Source of the DNA: the human T2T-CHM13v2.0 reference genome, Homo sapiens
Direction: 5' to 3' (one strand)
NCBI RefSeq assembly: GCF_009914755.1
Contig: NC_060944.1
Length of the DNA stretch: 64,000 nucleotides
Shown here: in pieces, positions 1-11,874 of the stretch
How positions within the stretch are numbered: position 1 is the stretch's first letter
Layout: each line of letters starts with the position of its first letter
Made by a program: the position numbers and the translations under genes
The notes under the pieces: generated by a model
The model's database searches: none
What the model saw: only the letters and a program-made list of their open reading frames with translations
What the model was told of the DNA's origin: nothing

Positions 1-59
1 TGTCAAACGGTGAATGCATTGCTCAGTAATGGTGCTTCCATCACACGCTCAAAGCTGGC

Positions 60-300
60 CCAGCATTGCCTTGTCTGTGCTCCAGCTAGTGGAAAGGGAA
101 AGAGAATGTGCAGAGCAAACAGCTGCCTTTGAAGGACGAAACTAGGAAGTTGCACATGTTCTTGCTCATCAATTTCTTCTGCCAAATCTTAGTCTCATGG
201 CCTCATCTACCTGCAAGTGAGTCTGGGAAACATCTGGGGACATGGGAGTTCTATGAATAACAGGGAGAAATGGAGAATAATTATTGCGAGATAAGTCAAA
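60..300 (-). mobile_element. ERVL-MaLR LTR fragment, MLT1J/K/L-type
   Basis: Motif series GGAAGTTGCACATG...CTTAGTCTCATGGCCTCATCTACCTGCAAGTGAGTCTGGGAAA...GTTCTATG resembles the reverse complement of the recalled old MLT1 consensus; highly diverged. Confidence 0.6.
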
Positions 301-1534
301 ATCTCAAACACAAATAATTGAAAATGTAACTGCTGAGAGGGTGTTCAATCTACTTAAGATACTAACAAATTGCTCTTAGGTCCTAATAGACCCATGGTGC
401 TTCTAATGAGAAAGAATCTTTATTACTCAAATGTGTCGAGCTGGATTTCAAAGTTGGAAACATTTTGTGTGTTCTTAAGAAAGAATGATTTTTTTTTTTT
501 TTAAGAAACAGTTTGTCATTTGGAAGGCATTTTCAGCAATTTTGTTCGAATTAGAGCGGCTTCACTGAAAGGGGCAGTGCAACTCCAGAACAGGGTTTCC
601 CTGACTATGTTTTGTTTATGCCTTGTGAAATAATTTTGCAAAACAGATGCATAACCTCCTCCCCTTGACAGTTTCACAGAACATGTTGCACGTTAAAGCT
701 CTTACAAGTGCTGCAGGAAAGAATCTGGCATACCTTTCCTAAGCCAGCCTAAGCCAAACTTACTTGATCATTGAGGCCCTTCTTACAATGCCCTTTTCAC
801 CCTCCAATGCAACTAGCACTTCATGGGGGCACATTTGGGGAAAGACTTTCTAGCATGGTAGGCATTGTAACAAACAAGCCATATACACGGTTTCTAAGTC
901 ATGGCCTGTCACTAAGAACATTGAGTCACATGGAGTGAGAATTGACTAACTGCAAGACCCTTGCGTACCACCCAAACTCCTTGGTATGTGATAAGAGGGA
1001 ATTTGGCCAGATTACATCTAATACTAGGTATTAGAGATCATGTCCCTTCTTTTTCTGTTACTATGTATGAATAAACCGAAAGGATCATACTTTTAGGAAA
1101 AATAGTTTCTTGGGGCAAGAAATAAGTCTGCCCTTCATTGTAGCCCAGGGTCTTCCTTGCAACAGGCTTACGGTCTTAATAAATTGCTCTGAATGAGTGA
1201 ATGAATGAGTGAAGGGGATCCTAAGAGATCAGGTGATCTCCCACCTTCAGAGAGATAGTACATGATTGATCCCCTACAGAGGGAGCCCCTGAGGTAGAAA
1301 TGCCAGTGACTTACTCGGCCAGAAGGTGACAGGAAGGGGTGGGGGTTCCTGGTGCCTGCCCTGCCCCCAGGGCCCTGTCCTTCCTTCCATTCCATAGTGG
1401 TGGAATCTAGTTATACCAAGGTTATGAAACAGGGCCAAGAAATAAAGGCTATACATGAAAGTAATTTGGAAAGACCAGTCTTTTTTTTCATTGCTGTTTG
1501 GATCAGAATTTAGCTGTGATGAGAAATCTTCATC

Positions 1535-1760
1535 TCGTCATGGGAAAATGCTCATTAGAATGTCAAGGGGTAAAAGCAAGATTCAAATCTATGGATGGGG
1601 CATATCATTTCACATTTGTGAAAAAATGTCCAGGCTATAGCTGTGTAGACATAGGCATGAAAAAAACTGGAAAGAAATATATAGATACACTATAATTTTT
1701 ATCCCTGGAAGTAGGGTTATGAGTGACTCTATTATTATTATTTTATTCTTTTCAGTAAAT
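1535..1760 (+). mobile_element. Ancient L1ME-type 3' end fragment
   Basis: AAAAGCAAGATTCAAA...CTGGAAAGAAATAT...TTTATCCCTGGAAGTAGGGTTATGAGTGACT..TTTTATTCTTT resembles the L1ME 3' UTR terminus. Confidence 0.5.
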
Positions 1761-1914
1761 AAACTAGATTTACCAATCCATGCTTATCAACACTGTCACA
1801 GTCACATTAACTTTTTGCCTCCAATCTGCTGGCCCAGTAGCCCCAGTGGTAGCCTTCATACCTGCTTGGCCCTGTCACCAGCAGCAGGCTGCCTCATGCA
1901 AGCAAGGAGGTTCT

Positions 1915-2217
1915 TTGTTTTCTTTCTTTTTGAGACGAAGTCTTGCTCTTTAGCCCAGGCTGGAATGCAGTGGTGCGGTCTTGGCTCACTGCAAGCTCCA
2001 CCTCCCGGGTTCAGGCCATTCTCCTGCCTCAGCCTCCTGAGTAGCTGGGACTACAGGTGCACGCCACCACACCCGGCTAATTTTTTGTATTTTTTTTAGT
2101 AGAGACAGAGTTTCACCATGTTGCCCAGGCTGGTCTCGAACTCCTGAGCTCAGGCAATCCGCCTGCCTCGGCCTCCCAAAATGTTAGGATTACAGGCGTC
2201 AGCCACTGTGCCTGGCC
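1915..2217 (-). mobile_element. Full-length Alu (mosaic: AluS-type left arm, AluY-type right-arm diagnostics)
   Basis: T-rich tail from 1915, both monomers, ends GGCC at 2217; degenerate TSD 1894-1914 / 2218-2234. Confidence 0.97.
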
Positions 2218-2814
2218 TCATGTGAGGAGGTTCTGTGCAGTGGAGCCAGAATTGAAGGAGCAGTTGGCGGAAGCCCCTGCTGACCACACTCCTGTGGCTG
2301 GATGGCCAGTCCTTCCTCGAAGGAGACTCTCACCATGTGTGAGCTGATGACCCGCAGCCCCCAAGGCTGGCCCCCACCCACACACTATGGAGGGCTACAT
2401 TGAAGTCTCTCACCTCCTCCCAGGGTAACAGATCGGCAAGTCCAGAGGTTGCAGTTACAGGCATATTCTTTTGAAAGCCTTTTGCCCCTTGCTGGATAGC
2501 TGGCCTTGACAGCAGAGACTGACTGACATGGCTGTACTGAGCTTTCTAGATTACAGCGAACTCTGACGCACACAATTTAATGGTGTCTTTTGTAGTGCTG
2601 AAAGAAGAGAATGTTTGCCTGCAGGCCGTTTGAACGTTCACACACTTAAAAAAAAATGTTGGTCTGTGGGCTTCTAATCAGGCAGGGAATAGCAGAAACG
2701 TCCTTCCCAGGAGTCTCTTAACTAAAGGGGGTGGTAAGAGGAACAGTTGGTATCAGTTTACATTTCCATGGGAGAATAAGAACACCCTGAAGCTAATCAA
2801 GAAGAGCTGTGCAG

Positions 2815-2892
2815 GGTGTGTGAGTGTGAATGCCTGTTTGTGCCTGAGGCCTGTGTCTGTGTGCATGGGCATGTTGCACGCATGTGCATGTG
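2815..2892. repeat. Degenerate (TG)n/(TGCA)n low-complexity tract
   Basis: GTGTGTGAGTGTG...GTGTCTGTGTGCATG...GCACGCATGTGCATGTG. Confidence 0.6.
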
Positions 2893-4079
2893 GACATTTC
2901 TGAGGCTCTCAGAGGATGAGCAAGGCTGTGGCTGTTTCCATTTCACAGGTTCCAAACGCATTTGAAAATGAACAAAATGAGGCTATAAAATGGGTGGCAT
3001 ATTTTAAATATTTACTTTGCACACATGTGAGGTTTTTACAGTGACCTGCATGGCCTCATTTGGAGCTAATGTAGAAAGTTTAAAATGCATAGCCTCCTAG
3101 GCAGAACAGCCCCATACACACAGCTGCTTCTGGCCCCTTCCACCTCAGGAAAGGGCCCGTGTGCCTGTGGGGCAAGAGAGACCATGTGCTGCAGGCTGCT
3201 TCCCCCAGAAGCAAGTAGGACAGCCACAGGCGTGGGAGAAGCCTTCTCAGAAACTCTGAGCCCTGACATATTTGCTGGGGTATTTCCCACCCTGGACTGA
3301 CCCACATCTGCTTGGAGGGAAAGAAAAGACTAGATTGCATGATATAGACAATGTGAGTTTGACTTCACTGATCCCTGGAGGCTGGAAATTTTCCCTCTGG
3401 CAAGCAAGGTTAGGTCTAAAGGCTAAAACTCCCACAGTACCAGAACCAGGAGGCTGCCGGCTGCAGACAGCCCAGGAGCCCGGGGCATGGGAGAAAGCTT
3501 TCTGATTCATGAAGCATGAGATTTCATTAGGCTCATTGGAGTTACAGCCCGCCATGGTGGGTCCATGTCTGCCCTGTGGCCTGGCCCCACCATTCCAACA
3601 GGCGGCTACCAGCCTGCTGGAAGCCCAAGTGGAGTTCTGGTCAGCAGCACTGAAGGCTCCCAGGAAGGATGGGCGCTGGCAGGGCGTGGGACAGACCCAG
3701 TGTGGCCGGACATCCTGGGCCCAGTGAGGAAGGGAGGGGCTCCACTAGCAGTCTCACAATGACATGGGGCAGGGGTGAGGAAGGGGGAGAAGGGAGCTAT
3801 TCTTTTATGCAAGTAGGTGGCATGTGGGCAGCCAGCAGAAACACAGGCAGGTGGGCTAGGGGAGACCAGGACAACGGGGGCATATATCAAGGTGTCCTAA
3901 TCGAAGGGGACATGAGGTTGGGGGCCATAGGCCAGGGCTATGCCAGGTCCTCTCAGAGACCCTGACTAGAGCAGGCCCAGGACCAGGCAGGTAAAATTCA
4001 AAGGGATGAAAAAAAAAATGTGGGTCTCTGTATCCAGAGCTGGTCTCAGGTCAAGAAGAGGGCAAGGCCACCAGCCGCC

Positions 4080-4495
4080 CAGACTTACAGAACAGTTACA
4101 GGAAGAACACAGAGAGTTCCCAGATACCTTTCACTTGGAGACCCCAAATGTGAGCATTTTTACTCTCTGCTCTCTCTCTCTTTCCTCCCCTTTACGCCTA
4201 AAGACTTCAGTGTGTGTAAAAACAAGAACATTCTCTCACTTAACTACAAAAATTATCAAAATCAGAAAATTAAGGCCAATACAAACCTATTATCTAATCT
4301 ACAGACCTTATTCAGATTTCACTGATTGCACCAGTAAAGTCCCTGGTGGAGGCGAAAGAAGCCGCAAGGTCATGTTGCACTTTGCTGACCTCTCCCTGGC
4401 CTCCCTTCACCTGGAGAACCCCTACCTTCCTTTATATTCCATGGCCCGGACATTTGACCACTCCAGGTTAGGTTCGTAGCGCGACCCTCAGTTTG
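4080..4495 (-). mobile_element. L1MC5-type 3' UTR fragment
   Basis: AGACTTACAGAACAGTTAC...AAAATCAGAAAATTAA...TATTATCTAATCTACAGACCTTATTCAGATTTC matches recalled L1MC4/5 3' end in antisense. Confidence 0.75.
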
Positions 4496-5868
4496 GGCGG
4501 GCTGTTTTTAAATGTGCATCACAGGCAAATCCTCACTCCCTTTGCCAAAAGAAGCTGCCCTATTAAGCATGTGTCTTAGTTAAATCTCAAGATGCTAGTT
4601 CTGTTTTGATAGATCAATAGGAACCACATTTGTTGGCAGGCCTGCTGTTCTGCGATTCATGTTTGTTAAAGCAACAGCAGCCTTTTCTCCCCTTTCTCTC
4701 TCTACTCAGAGAAGTGTTCTCTTTTTCTTGCCTTTGTCCCTCCATTCAGGCTGCTTGGGTGTGAAGACCCATGTCACCAGCAAAAGTGGGATCCCAGAGC
4801 CTACCTGCCATTCCCAGCAACAAGGATCATTCTGAATGATAATTAAGAATGTATTTTCCAACATGGAAGAATATCAGGCCTTCAGTAAGCGTGACTTGAC
4901 AGCCCCCAGGGCGGCCCAGGTCTGAGAGCTGACAGTCATCAGAACCCCAGCACCACAGGGAGCTAAGATCACAGAGAAACCCTCAGAGCCGTGCATCGTA
5001 AGTAACGTGACCTCTGAAGCAATCAAGGAGTTGGTGCAAATCTGGTTTGCATTGCTGTGAGGGGGCTGGAGAATAAGTCAATGGGTAAAAATATTAGTCT
5101 GAATCACCAGCCCTTTTTACATAGGCCTTAGATTTGAGGTCAGCTTGAGCCTAAAATGTAAGCTCATTGGGCTTCATCCCTCGAGCCCTTCCTCTTCCTC
5201 CCTGGCTCATCCACCTCCTCAGTTCAAATCCATGAAACACAATTCAGTTCCAGCAATATGTGTTGAAGACACTTCGGTGCTGGGCTGGGCCAGGTGGTGC
5301 CTGCCTACGGCACAGCAATACCTCCAGCCTCAAAGCCACTGCACCACATGCATCTCTTCTCCTGTAGCTGCCCAATGCATTTATGTGTAGGTCCTTTTCC
5401 CCCAGGCTTCTGCTTCCTGATAAAGGAGAGGAAGAGGCCAGTCGAGTTGTATTCTGGAAATACTTTGCCTTTGTTCTTCTCCTTCCTGGTAGCTTCTTGA
5501 ATCAATCCCTTCGCTTTCTTCCACCAAGCCAGAAAGCAGCCTCAGACTCTGAGCAGCCACTTCCAGTTCCTTGGGGCAGACACCCACGCAGAAGCCTGCT
5601 TGCATTTCTGTCCTGGGAGTGGAGAGAAGAGAGCCCTGTGGCTGTGTAGCCTGGCAAGGCTTTGTGGAAGAGGGGGCCCAACTTCACCTTAAAGAATGGG
5701 TGAGTTTGAGGGGCTCTCACAGAAATGGGAAGGGACTGGTATGGGTGACCTTGATTTGGGTCCACACAGACATCTCTTGGAGCCAACTATATGCTTTGAG
5801 CCAACTATAATGCTTCTTTTTTCTCTTCCTCCTTTAAGACACCTGGGTATACAGTGATTACAGGTTTA

Positions 5869-6808
5869 GTGGTAGGAGACTAAATTCTTTGCAACCTGGA
5901 TTTCTATGTTCAACCTTGCAGCAGAATCTTTGCAGGTCAGAAAGAAAGGAAATAGCGGATGCTGCCTGGCGCTGTCCACATCCCTCAAATTCTCAGAGGT
6001 AACCTGAGACATCCCTGTACATGCCAAAGGTGTTCTCTGGCCTCCACGTGGATGGGCCACAAGTGACTGGGGACCTACCCCCACCTCCTGTAACAGTGCT
6101 CAAACAATGAGGATGGGTGAGACCCTGACTTCCTCACCCCTCCTTTTGGTGGGACAACTCTAAGTCATGGCATCTGCACAGCCACTCTGTAGCCTCAGGT
6201 GACCATGGAAGTAGCAGCTCATCCACCCCATTTTATTTATTTATTTATTTTTATTTTTATTTTTTTTAAATTTTAGATTCAGGGAGTACACGTCCTTGTT
6301 TGTTACATGGGTATTACAGGTGTAATGGTGGAGGTTTGGTTTCTAGTGTATCCATTAACCAAATATTGAACATTGTACCCAAAAGGTAATTTTTCAACCC
6401 CCACTTCCTTCCCAGCCTCTCCACTTTTGGAGTCCTCATAGTTTTATCTCTCCATTTCTATGTCCATGTGTACCCATTCTTTAGCTCCCATTTATAAGTA
6501 AGAATATGCGATATTCTGCTTCTGAATTAGTTCACTTAGTGAGCAAAGCTGGATGGCCTCCAGCTGCATCCATGTTGCTACACAGGACATGATTCAATTC
6601 TTTGTTATGGCTGCATAGCATTGCGTATTCTATATGTACAACATTTTCTTTGTCCAGTTAACTGTTCATCGACCCTATTTTGTTAGCATTCCTCCCTTCT
6701 CTGTCTCCTTCCTCCACTCCCTCAGGGTGCTCCTGGGTCACCTTTCAAGTATATTCCCTGCCCCCAGTGCTAGCCTCAGGCTTCACTCTTTGGGAACACA
6801 CTAAGACC
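5869..6808 (+). mobile_element. LTR16-family (ERVL) solo LTR, split by the L1 at 6235-6665
   Basis: GGGACAACTCT motif (~6151); after the L1 it resumes with CTCCCTTCTCTGTCTCC...CCTGGGTCACCT...TTTGGGAACACACTAAGAC, the LTR16 3' end. Confidence 0.7.
6235..6665 (-). mobile_element. 5'-truncated L1 3' end (L1PA16/17 or L1PB-like)
   Basis: (TTTA)n tail then TTTTAGATTCAGGGAGTAC...TTAGCTCCCATTTATAAGT...; TSD TCATCCACCCCATTTT (6219-6234) / TCATCGACCCTATTTT (6666-6681), 14/16 identical. Confidence 0.9.
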
Positions 6809-7454
6809 ACAGTGCATTTGACTATGAGTGAGGATGATCTTCCTACATTTTCTATGTGGCAAAGGCAAATGGAAGCTTGAGGACAAAGGCAGATCTCTGA
6901 GTTAAAAGGACACCTACGAGTCCTTCTCTGTGAGCTCATCTTAGGGCAGAGCAGACTCAGAGATGGGGAAGAGCCTCCATTTACATCCTGGCTGCTCCCA
7001 TTCCGTCACTCTGGAATCTGTAGGGAAGCAGGCCAGTCCTCTGCCCTGAGGCTGAGGCAGGGGCGGTCCGGGCAGAACAGTTGCCAAGTTTCCGCCTCTG
7101 CAAGGCACACCAGGGTGAACAAAAATGCCAAATCCTCCTCCAGATCCCCAGAAAGAGCCAGCTCTCCTGTTTGTCTCTCGTGGACTGCTGTGACCTGTGA
7201 CCAGGTAATTAGGACTCTGGGTGACATTTCTCTCATTTAAATTCTCAGTTCTCTGTTCAAATCTAGAAAGAACAGCTCTCATTGAAAGGGTATGTTGGGA
7301 GGGTTTCTGTCAGGGCCCTGGGCCTCTTGCTGTCTGCCCTCACTGTGGATGTGAGAAGCAGAGATGTGTTCGGGTCATATGTACAGGGGAAATGGAGGGG
7401 TATCAGCGAGTATTTCCACTGGAAGGCACTACAGTGGGGCTGTTTGAGGCTGAG

Positions 7455-7751
7455 TTTTTGTTTTCTTTTGAGACAAGGTCTTGCTCTGTCACCCAGGCTG
7501 GAGTGCAGTGAAGCGATCAAGGCTCACTGCAGCCTTGACCTCCAGGCTCAAGTGATCCTCCCACCTCAGCCTCTCGAGTAGCTGGGACTATAGGTGCATA
7601 CCATCATGCCCAGCTAATTTTTGTATTTTTTGGTAGAGACAGGGTTTTACCATGTTGCCTAGGCTGGTCTCAAACTCCTGGCCTCAAGTGATCCTCCTGC
7701 CTCGGCCTCCCAATATGCTGAGATTACAGGCATGAGCCACTGCACCTGACC
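7455..7751 (-). mobile_element. AluJ
   Basis: Full dimer with J diagnostics GCAGCCTTGACCTCC and GCTCAAGTGATCCTCCCACC. Confidence 0.95.
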
Positions 7752-8842
7752 TTGGATTTTATTTTTTTAAGATTCTTTATGAGCAGGCTCAAAGCCATTC
7801 TTCAATCACGAGGAATGAATGACCTCCAGCCCACGGTTGAAATTTCTGACAGGATGGAGTCATTTTATGGTTTCCTTCTGGGCCTGTCCTGGCAAGTGGG
7901 AGGCACAAGTGAGTACAGCCTGGAAAAGAGCATTCCACCTCATTTTCAGCTCAATTAACCTTTCCTGAAATGCCACAGTCCCTCAGAGAGGGGCCCTCCT
8001 GGGCCACATGAGATGGGAGGTGGAGGTTCACCACCAAGGCAGAGCAGGTAGATATGCTCCTTTAACTTTCTGGAGGCTGAGATAAGAACAAAAGCCATGA
8101 GCTCCCTATGGTTTGGGTTGAAGAAAAACCTCATTCATCCACTCCAAGGTGGTTTACATCCAGGCCAGGTGGGACGCCCTGGCTTTCCGCTCTCCCCTCA
8201 GAAAAGGGCTTGACCGAGGAAAGAGATGCAAGCAAAGTAGGCTGCAGGCACATTGAGCTCTCTGAAGACATGAGCCTGTTCCTCCAAGTGAACCTTGGTG
8301 GGTGTGGCCCCGGATCCCATGGAGGTGTCAGAGCTACCATCCACTCCCACATTGGACAGGGACGGCTGGAGCCAGGGCTCCTGGGCTCAGTAAACAAGTC
8401 CTCCTTTCTTACAGGACACTTGGAGGCAGCTTTTAACAACTCAGACCAGATGAGTGAGCACATTCTCACACATGTCCCATATTTCCCAAGTCAGTAACCA
8501 GCCCCTTGCAGAAGGCTGGTGATGCTTTACACCTCGGGGTCCTTCAGAGAAATGGGTTTGTCGTACAGCGTATCCTTTTCAACATGGATAAGCATTTTAT
8601 TGTGCATTAATTCTAATGTAACGTTAATTGGAAATAATCCTTCTGGTGAGAAGAGCATAATTCTGCTGGCTTCTGGAGACTGGAAGAAGCTTTAGGACCC
8701 TCAAGGAGGAAGCCCTGTGGGAGGAGGAAGTGGCCATCATGAGCTTCAGCGAAGACGGCTCTGCAGGTTGCATTGAACTTGCGGACAAGTCTCCACCCGA
8801 CTACCCCAACCTGGCAATTATGATCTGCTTATCAGGGGAGCA

Positions 8843-8930
8843 GTGACTTGACAGTCTGTCTCAGTTTACTTGTCTATAAAATGGTTATGAATAATCATAT
8901 TGGCCTCATAGGGTTATAGTGAGAATTATA
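8843..8930 (+). mobile_element. MIR core fragment
   Basis: TCTCAGTTTACTTGTCTATAAAATGG...CCTCATAGGGTTATAGTGAGAATTA. Confidence 0.75.
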
Positions 8931-10179
8931 GCCACTGGCAGAGAGCACCCAGCCAGCCCCATTCCTGGAGAAAAGCAGAAGTTTAGTTCTTGGAAAAGTT
9001 GCATATAGATTCTTAAAGAAATGATGTCACAGGGACTTCCTTGCTATCCCTAAAAACCAGGGACCTGTTTTTAAGTCAGTGACCCAGCCTGCTACAGTGG
9101 AATCCCAGTTTTAGGATAATGTGAGGTCAGCTTTCCTCACTCCATTGCATGCCAGGGCCCACCCTTGGGTTTTAGGCTTGAAAAAGTTATAGTTACCAAT
9201 ATCCTCCTTCAGTGACTTTCCATGGCTTGGAGAAGACAGTCCAGATCCCCATCCTGCAGCATAAGGGCCCTGTGTGACCTGCCACCACTCAGTCATCTGC
9301 AGAAGGCTGGTGCCTGTGCACTCTATGTTCTGCTGATCGAGGTGCCCTCACCTTTCCCAACACATCATGTGGGGACACGCCCTATCTGTGTGCACAGGGA
9401 ATGCTGTGGAATGTATGTAGAGCACCCTCCCTCATCTCCTTGGAATGCTTCTATCATCTCTCAAGATGCAATTCACCTTGTCTGGGAAACCCTTTTGAAT
9501 CCCGCAGCAGTTATCTGCTCACTCCTCTGACCTGTGCACACACCTCTGAGATTGTACCATGCACTGTGTGGGAGCAGTCTTCTCCTAGCATTCTTCTCTA
9601 ATAGGGAACTCTGCCTTCCCACCTTCTATACCTGGCACACGGACAGTGCTATAAATGTTGGTTGAATATAGAAATTGGTAGGAGGAGATCTGGAGTCAGG
9701 GCTCAGTGCTCCTGGGGATGGCTCAACTCCTGTTCTCAGGCAGAATGAAATCCCTAGCAAACTGCAGAGCAACCAAGGAGAAAACCTATCTCAGAAGTTA
9801 GCGCCCCCAACACACTGAAGTCTTGGATCAAGCATTTACCCACCTGCTAGAGATCAGTGGCTCTGGAGGAAGCAGCACGTAGACCTTTGTTCCTGGGCAA
9901 CACTAACCCGCGGCATACCTGAGGAAATGTGAACCTGTTATCTGCTAGTTTTTGAGATCCCCTTTACCTCCACCTGGTGGGGAACGAGGCATCCCCTGCT
10001 GTCTGTTTTTTGCCCTCTTGATACCTGGATTCTTCTACCAGAATTAAATGTCTAGGATTTCAGTAGAGACTTTTCAAGGGGCTGAGACCTTCTGAGCCTG
10101 AAGAGTGTTATTCCTCTCTCTTGCTCTCAGCAGCTTGATTTGTAGGTCAGTCTACCATTTACTCTCCCACAAGGACTGG

Positions 10180-10562
10180 GGTATATTGTATTATTGTCCT
10201 TGTTCTTCACCCTCTATGGCCTTCGCCATGTGACTTTGATGTACTTCCCACTTGAATTGGGGCATATTTCCCATACTTCTTGCCATTGGGTGTAGTTATA
10301 TGACTTGCTTGGGACAATAGAATGAGGTATTTCTACTCTCCTCCCTGAACCTTTGCCATGGCCATGAGAACATGCCAGCCTAGCTGCTGATCCCAGGAGA
10401 AAGGTGAGAGACATGTTGGGCAGAGCCAAGCCCCTAGACAGCCCAGCCTAGATTAGCTGACTCTCAGTTAGCAGAGACCCTTGAGAAATAACTGATGACT
10501 GTTGTTATAAGCCTTTGGAGTGGTTTGTTACATGGCATCATTGAAGTGATAGTTAACCAACT
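10180..10562 (+). mobile_element. MLT1H/G-type MaLR solo LTR
   Basis: TGACTTGCTTGGGACAATAGAATG...GCCATGAGAACATGCC...CAGCCCAGCCTAGATTAGCTGAC...TGTTGTTATAAGCC...GGTTTGTTACATGGCA. Confidence 0.75.
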
Positions 10563-10924
10563 AATATTTAAAGAAATTTTGGTCATAATAATCTGATGCC
10601 CAGTACACTGCCCTGTCCCCTTGGCATGGGAAGCTCATACCAAGAACATCAACTTTGGCACACACACACGGCCCCCTCCCTATGACAAAATTGGATAGCA
10701 CATGCTCCAGGGTTGTCTTCGTAAAAGACGTGTGTCCCTGTGAGATGGAGTAACACTGACAACAGGAACTGAAGTGTTTCCATCAACTTCTAATTTCCAT
10801 TTCCCCTCCTCCCGCTCTCTCCCCTCTACAAGAGTCTATAGTCTCCTGGTGATGAACAACAACAACAACATTCCTCAAAGAAACCTTTGTTTAACTCTCA
10901 ACACATCTGTTCTTCATTTATAGG

Positions 10925-11090
10925 AATAATGGCTAACAACATTAGAGAGTTTACATCTATGTCCAGTACTGTGCACTTTTATAAATGATTGTTCATTATT
11001 TGTAGAATCCCTGTAATGCTGGTGCTAAGTAAAGGTGACACTTTAAGTTCACCACAATGTCTGCTCTGAGAGCAGAAAATAATGTCTTCA
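10925..11090 (-). mobile_element. Degenerate MIR
   Basis: AATAATGGCTAACAACATT...CCAGTACTGTGC...; weak similarity only. Confidence 0.4.
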
Positions 11091-11760
11091 AGGCCACATG
11101 TAGATCCTTCATCCGCAGTGCACTTACCCTGGTGTGGTGCTTTCTTTAAGAAACACTCTGATTGGCCAAAGAAATGCACAGTCCACAGTTCAGCTCTAGG
11201 AGCTTTGTAGTATGGATGGAGTGCAGGGTGATAGTCCTCCACTTCTTTTCTGTAACCAAAAGAACAGGATTTTTCTAAGTAGATATTTGGCATAGATGAT
11301 GGCATCTTTTTTTCTACAAACAGATTTTTACAACTTTTTCTCTTGTCTAGTTTTCAAAAGTATTTGTATACTCATTCTTGATTAAAAGTAAACTCTCAGA
11401 AAATTAGGAATAGAGGGGAACTTTCTCAACCCAATAAAGAATATCTACCAAAACACTTCGTTGACATTGTATTTAATGGTGGGACCCTAGAATCTTTTCC
11501 AGTAAAATAAGGAAGAAAGCAAGGATGCTCCCTCTAACCACTCCTCTTCAGCATCACACTGAAATTCTTAGCTAATGCAATAAAACAAGCAATAAAAGTG
11601 TACTGATGAGGAAGGAAGAAATAAAATTGTCTTTGTTTTCAGATGACGTAATTGTCTATTTAGAAAATTCTCCCCCAAACAAAACAAAAAAATTCTGGAT
11701 ACTAATACATGATTACACCAAGGTTGCAGGATACAAGGCTGATGTGTAAAAGTAAATTGC

Positions 11761-11874
11761 ATTTTTTTTTTAACAATAAGAAAGTTTATTAAAATCAGGT
11801 GAGTTCCAACAAAGGGTGGCTCTGGCTTACATAGTACATCAGTTCCATGATGGCTTCTTATACTGAGGTTTTGG
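11761..11874 (-). other. Probable L1 3'-transduced segment with its own AATAAA and poly(A)
   Basis: Non-L1 ~100 bp between the L1 tail (11875-11896) and a second T10 run (11762-11771), inside the TSD; TTTATT at 11785-11790. Confidence 0.8.

Noticed and set aside
1719-2099. ORFs with '[12 protein letters not shown]'-type peptides (also 7282, 19815, 50496, 58453)
   Set aside because: Standard Alu-derived translations, not genes
4006-4479. 157-aa ORF
   Set aside because: Lies antisense over an L1MC5 fragment; no recognisable domain
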